Part shown: positions 63,412-64,000 of the stretch, in pieces
How the letters are laid out: every line of letters starts with the position of its first letter
Position numbering within the stretch: position 1 is the stretch's first letter
Assembly (NCBI GenBank): GCA_022813865.1
Contig: JALDZX010000003.1
Coordinates: 372,001-436,000 of the forward strand
Length of the DNA stretch: 64,000 nt
Reading direction: 5' to 3'
From: Xylographa opegraphella
Taxonomy: Eukaryota
The notes under the pieces: model-generated
Told to the model about the DNA's origin: nothing
The model's input: only the letters and a program-made list of their open reading frames with translations
Database searches by the model: none
Made by a program: the position numbers and the translations under genes

Positions 63412-64000
63412 ATGCACCCAGCTCTGGCCCCAGCGCAACACCACATCCTGCTTCCATCAGCTCAAGTAAGCCTGCCCCATGAATGGCCTTTGCCAATTTC
63501 ATTCGCCCCCCCCCCTCCCCTTCTCCCGCGCCTGCCCCCAACGTTCCTAGCTGACATGGCCGCTCAGGATAGTAATGCCACCGAGCAGGGTGAGTAATCA
63601 TGCGAGCGAGGCGCCCCTCAGTGTACCCCGTTCAAAGCATAAGTAACCGTGTGCCGCAAGTCCTTGTGCTGACATATCATTGATTAATGCCCAGTGCTGC
63701 GCGAGCACCTGTTGGCCCAAGTGCACTCTTCCCCAGCTCAGCAGCGGTCGCATGCTCTCGACGACGTGCGAGTCCATAGTCCGAACCAGCATATCCACAA
63801 CATCGACCCGGCCATCGCTGGTGGCACGGGCATGACGAGCAACAGCGCGGGCGAGAGCGGCGGCGACGAAATCGGCAGCGACGGCAAGAAAGGCGGGAAA
63901 CGCGAACTGTCGACCTCGAAGCGCGCCGCGCAGAATCGAGCAGCTCAGGTACGTATCACCAGTAATGCTTCCGATCCAGTCCCCAGTTGAGCTGCTGTCC
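63412..64000 (+). CDS. kapC: bZIP transcription factor, KapC/AP-1-like (truncated by window end)
   Basis: Spliced MHPALAPAQHHILLPSAQ-DSNATEQ-VLREHLLAQ...NIDPAIAG...KRELSTSKRAAQNRAAQ basic region. Confidence 0.8.

Noticed and set aside
63556..63597. ATG of MAAQDSNATEQ as the bZIP start
   Set aside because: It lies inside an intron (63466-63567) next to its branch point; the ATG at 63412 gives a KapC-like N-terminus.

Overview
Gene-dense, intron-rich window from a filamentous ascomycete (Pezizomycotina). It holds about 27 protein-coding loci and no recognisable rRNA, tRNA, CRISPR array or intact transposon. Housekeeping genes dominate: vip1, NDUFAF7/midA, cdk11, rps16, ats1, rad9, mcm2, ubr7/mlo2, dcg1, arp2, fta4, arl1, arp8, got1, profilin, rib7, paf1, ies6, arp5 and a partial kapC bZIP. 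Accessory-looking inserts are a Zn2Cys6 TF with a disrupted MFS and an intact MFS (about 14-23.5 kb), an old yellow enzyme with a GH27 alpha-galactosidase, and a large secreted protein. Most notable: (1) Rib7 riboflavin reductase fused to a WRKY/GCM1/FAR1-type C-C-H-H zinc finger plus a helical segment resembling a Mutator transposase N-terminus; (2) three INO80 subunit genes (arp8, ies6, arp5) within about 23 kb; (3) repeated GC-rich islands that switch from C-rich to G-rich on the + strand regardless of gene orientation; (4) two intergenic regions with dense predicted RNA structure; (5) disrupted frames in fta4 and one MFS gene, either real decay or homopolymer assembly errors. Exon boundaries were inferred by eye from GT/AG and branch-point motifs, and family assignments come from motif recognition, not database searches.
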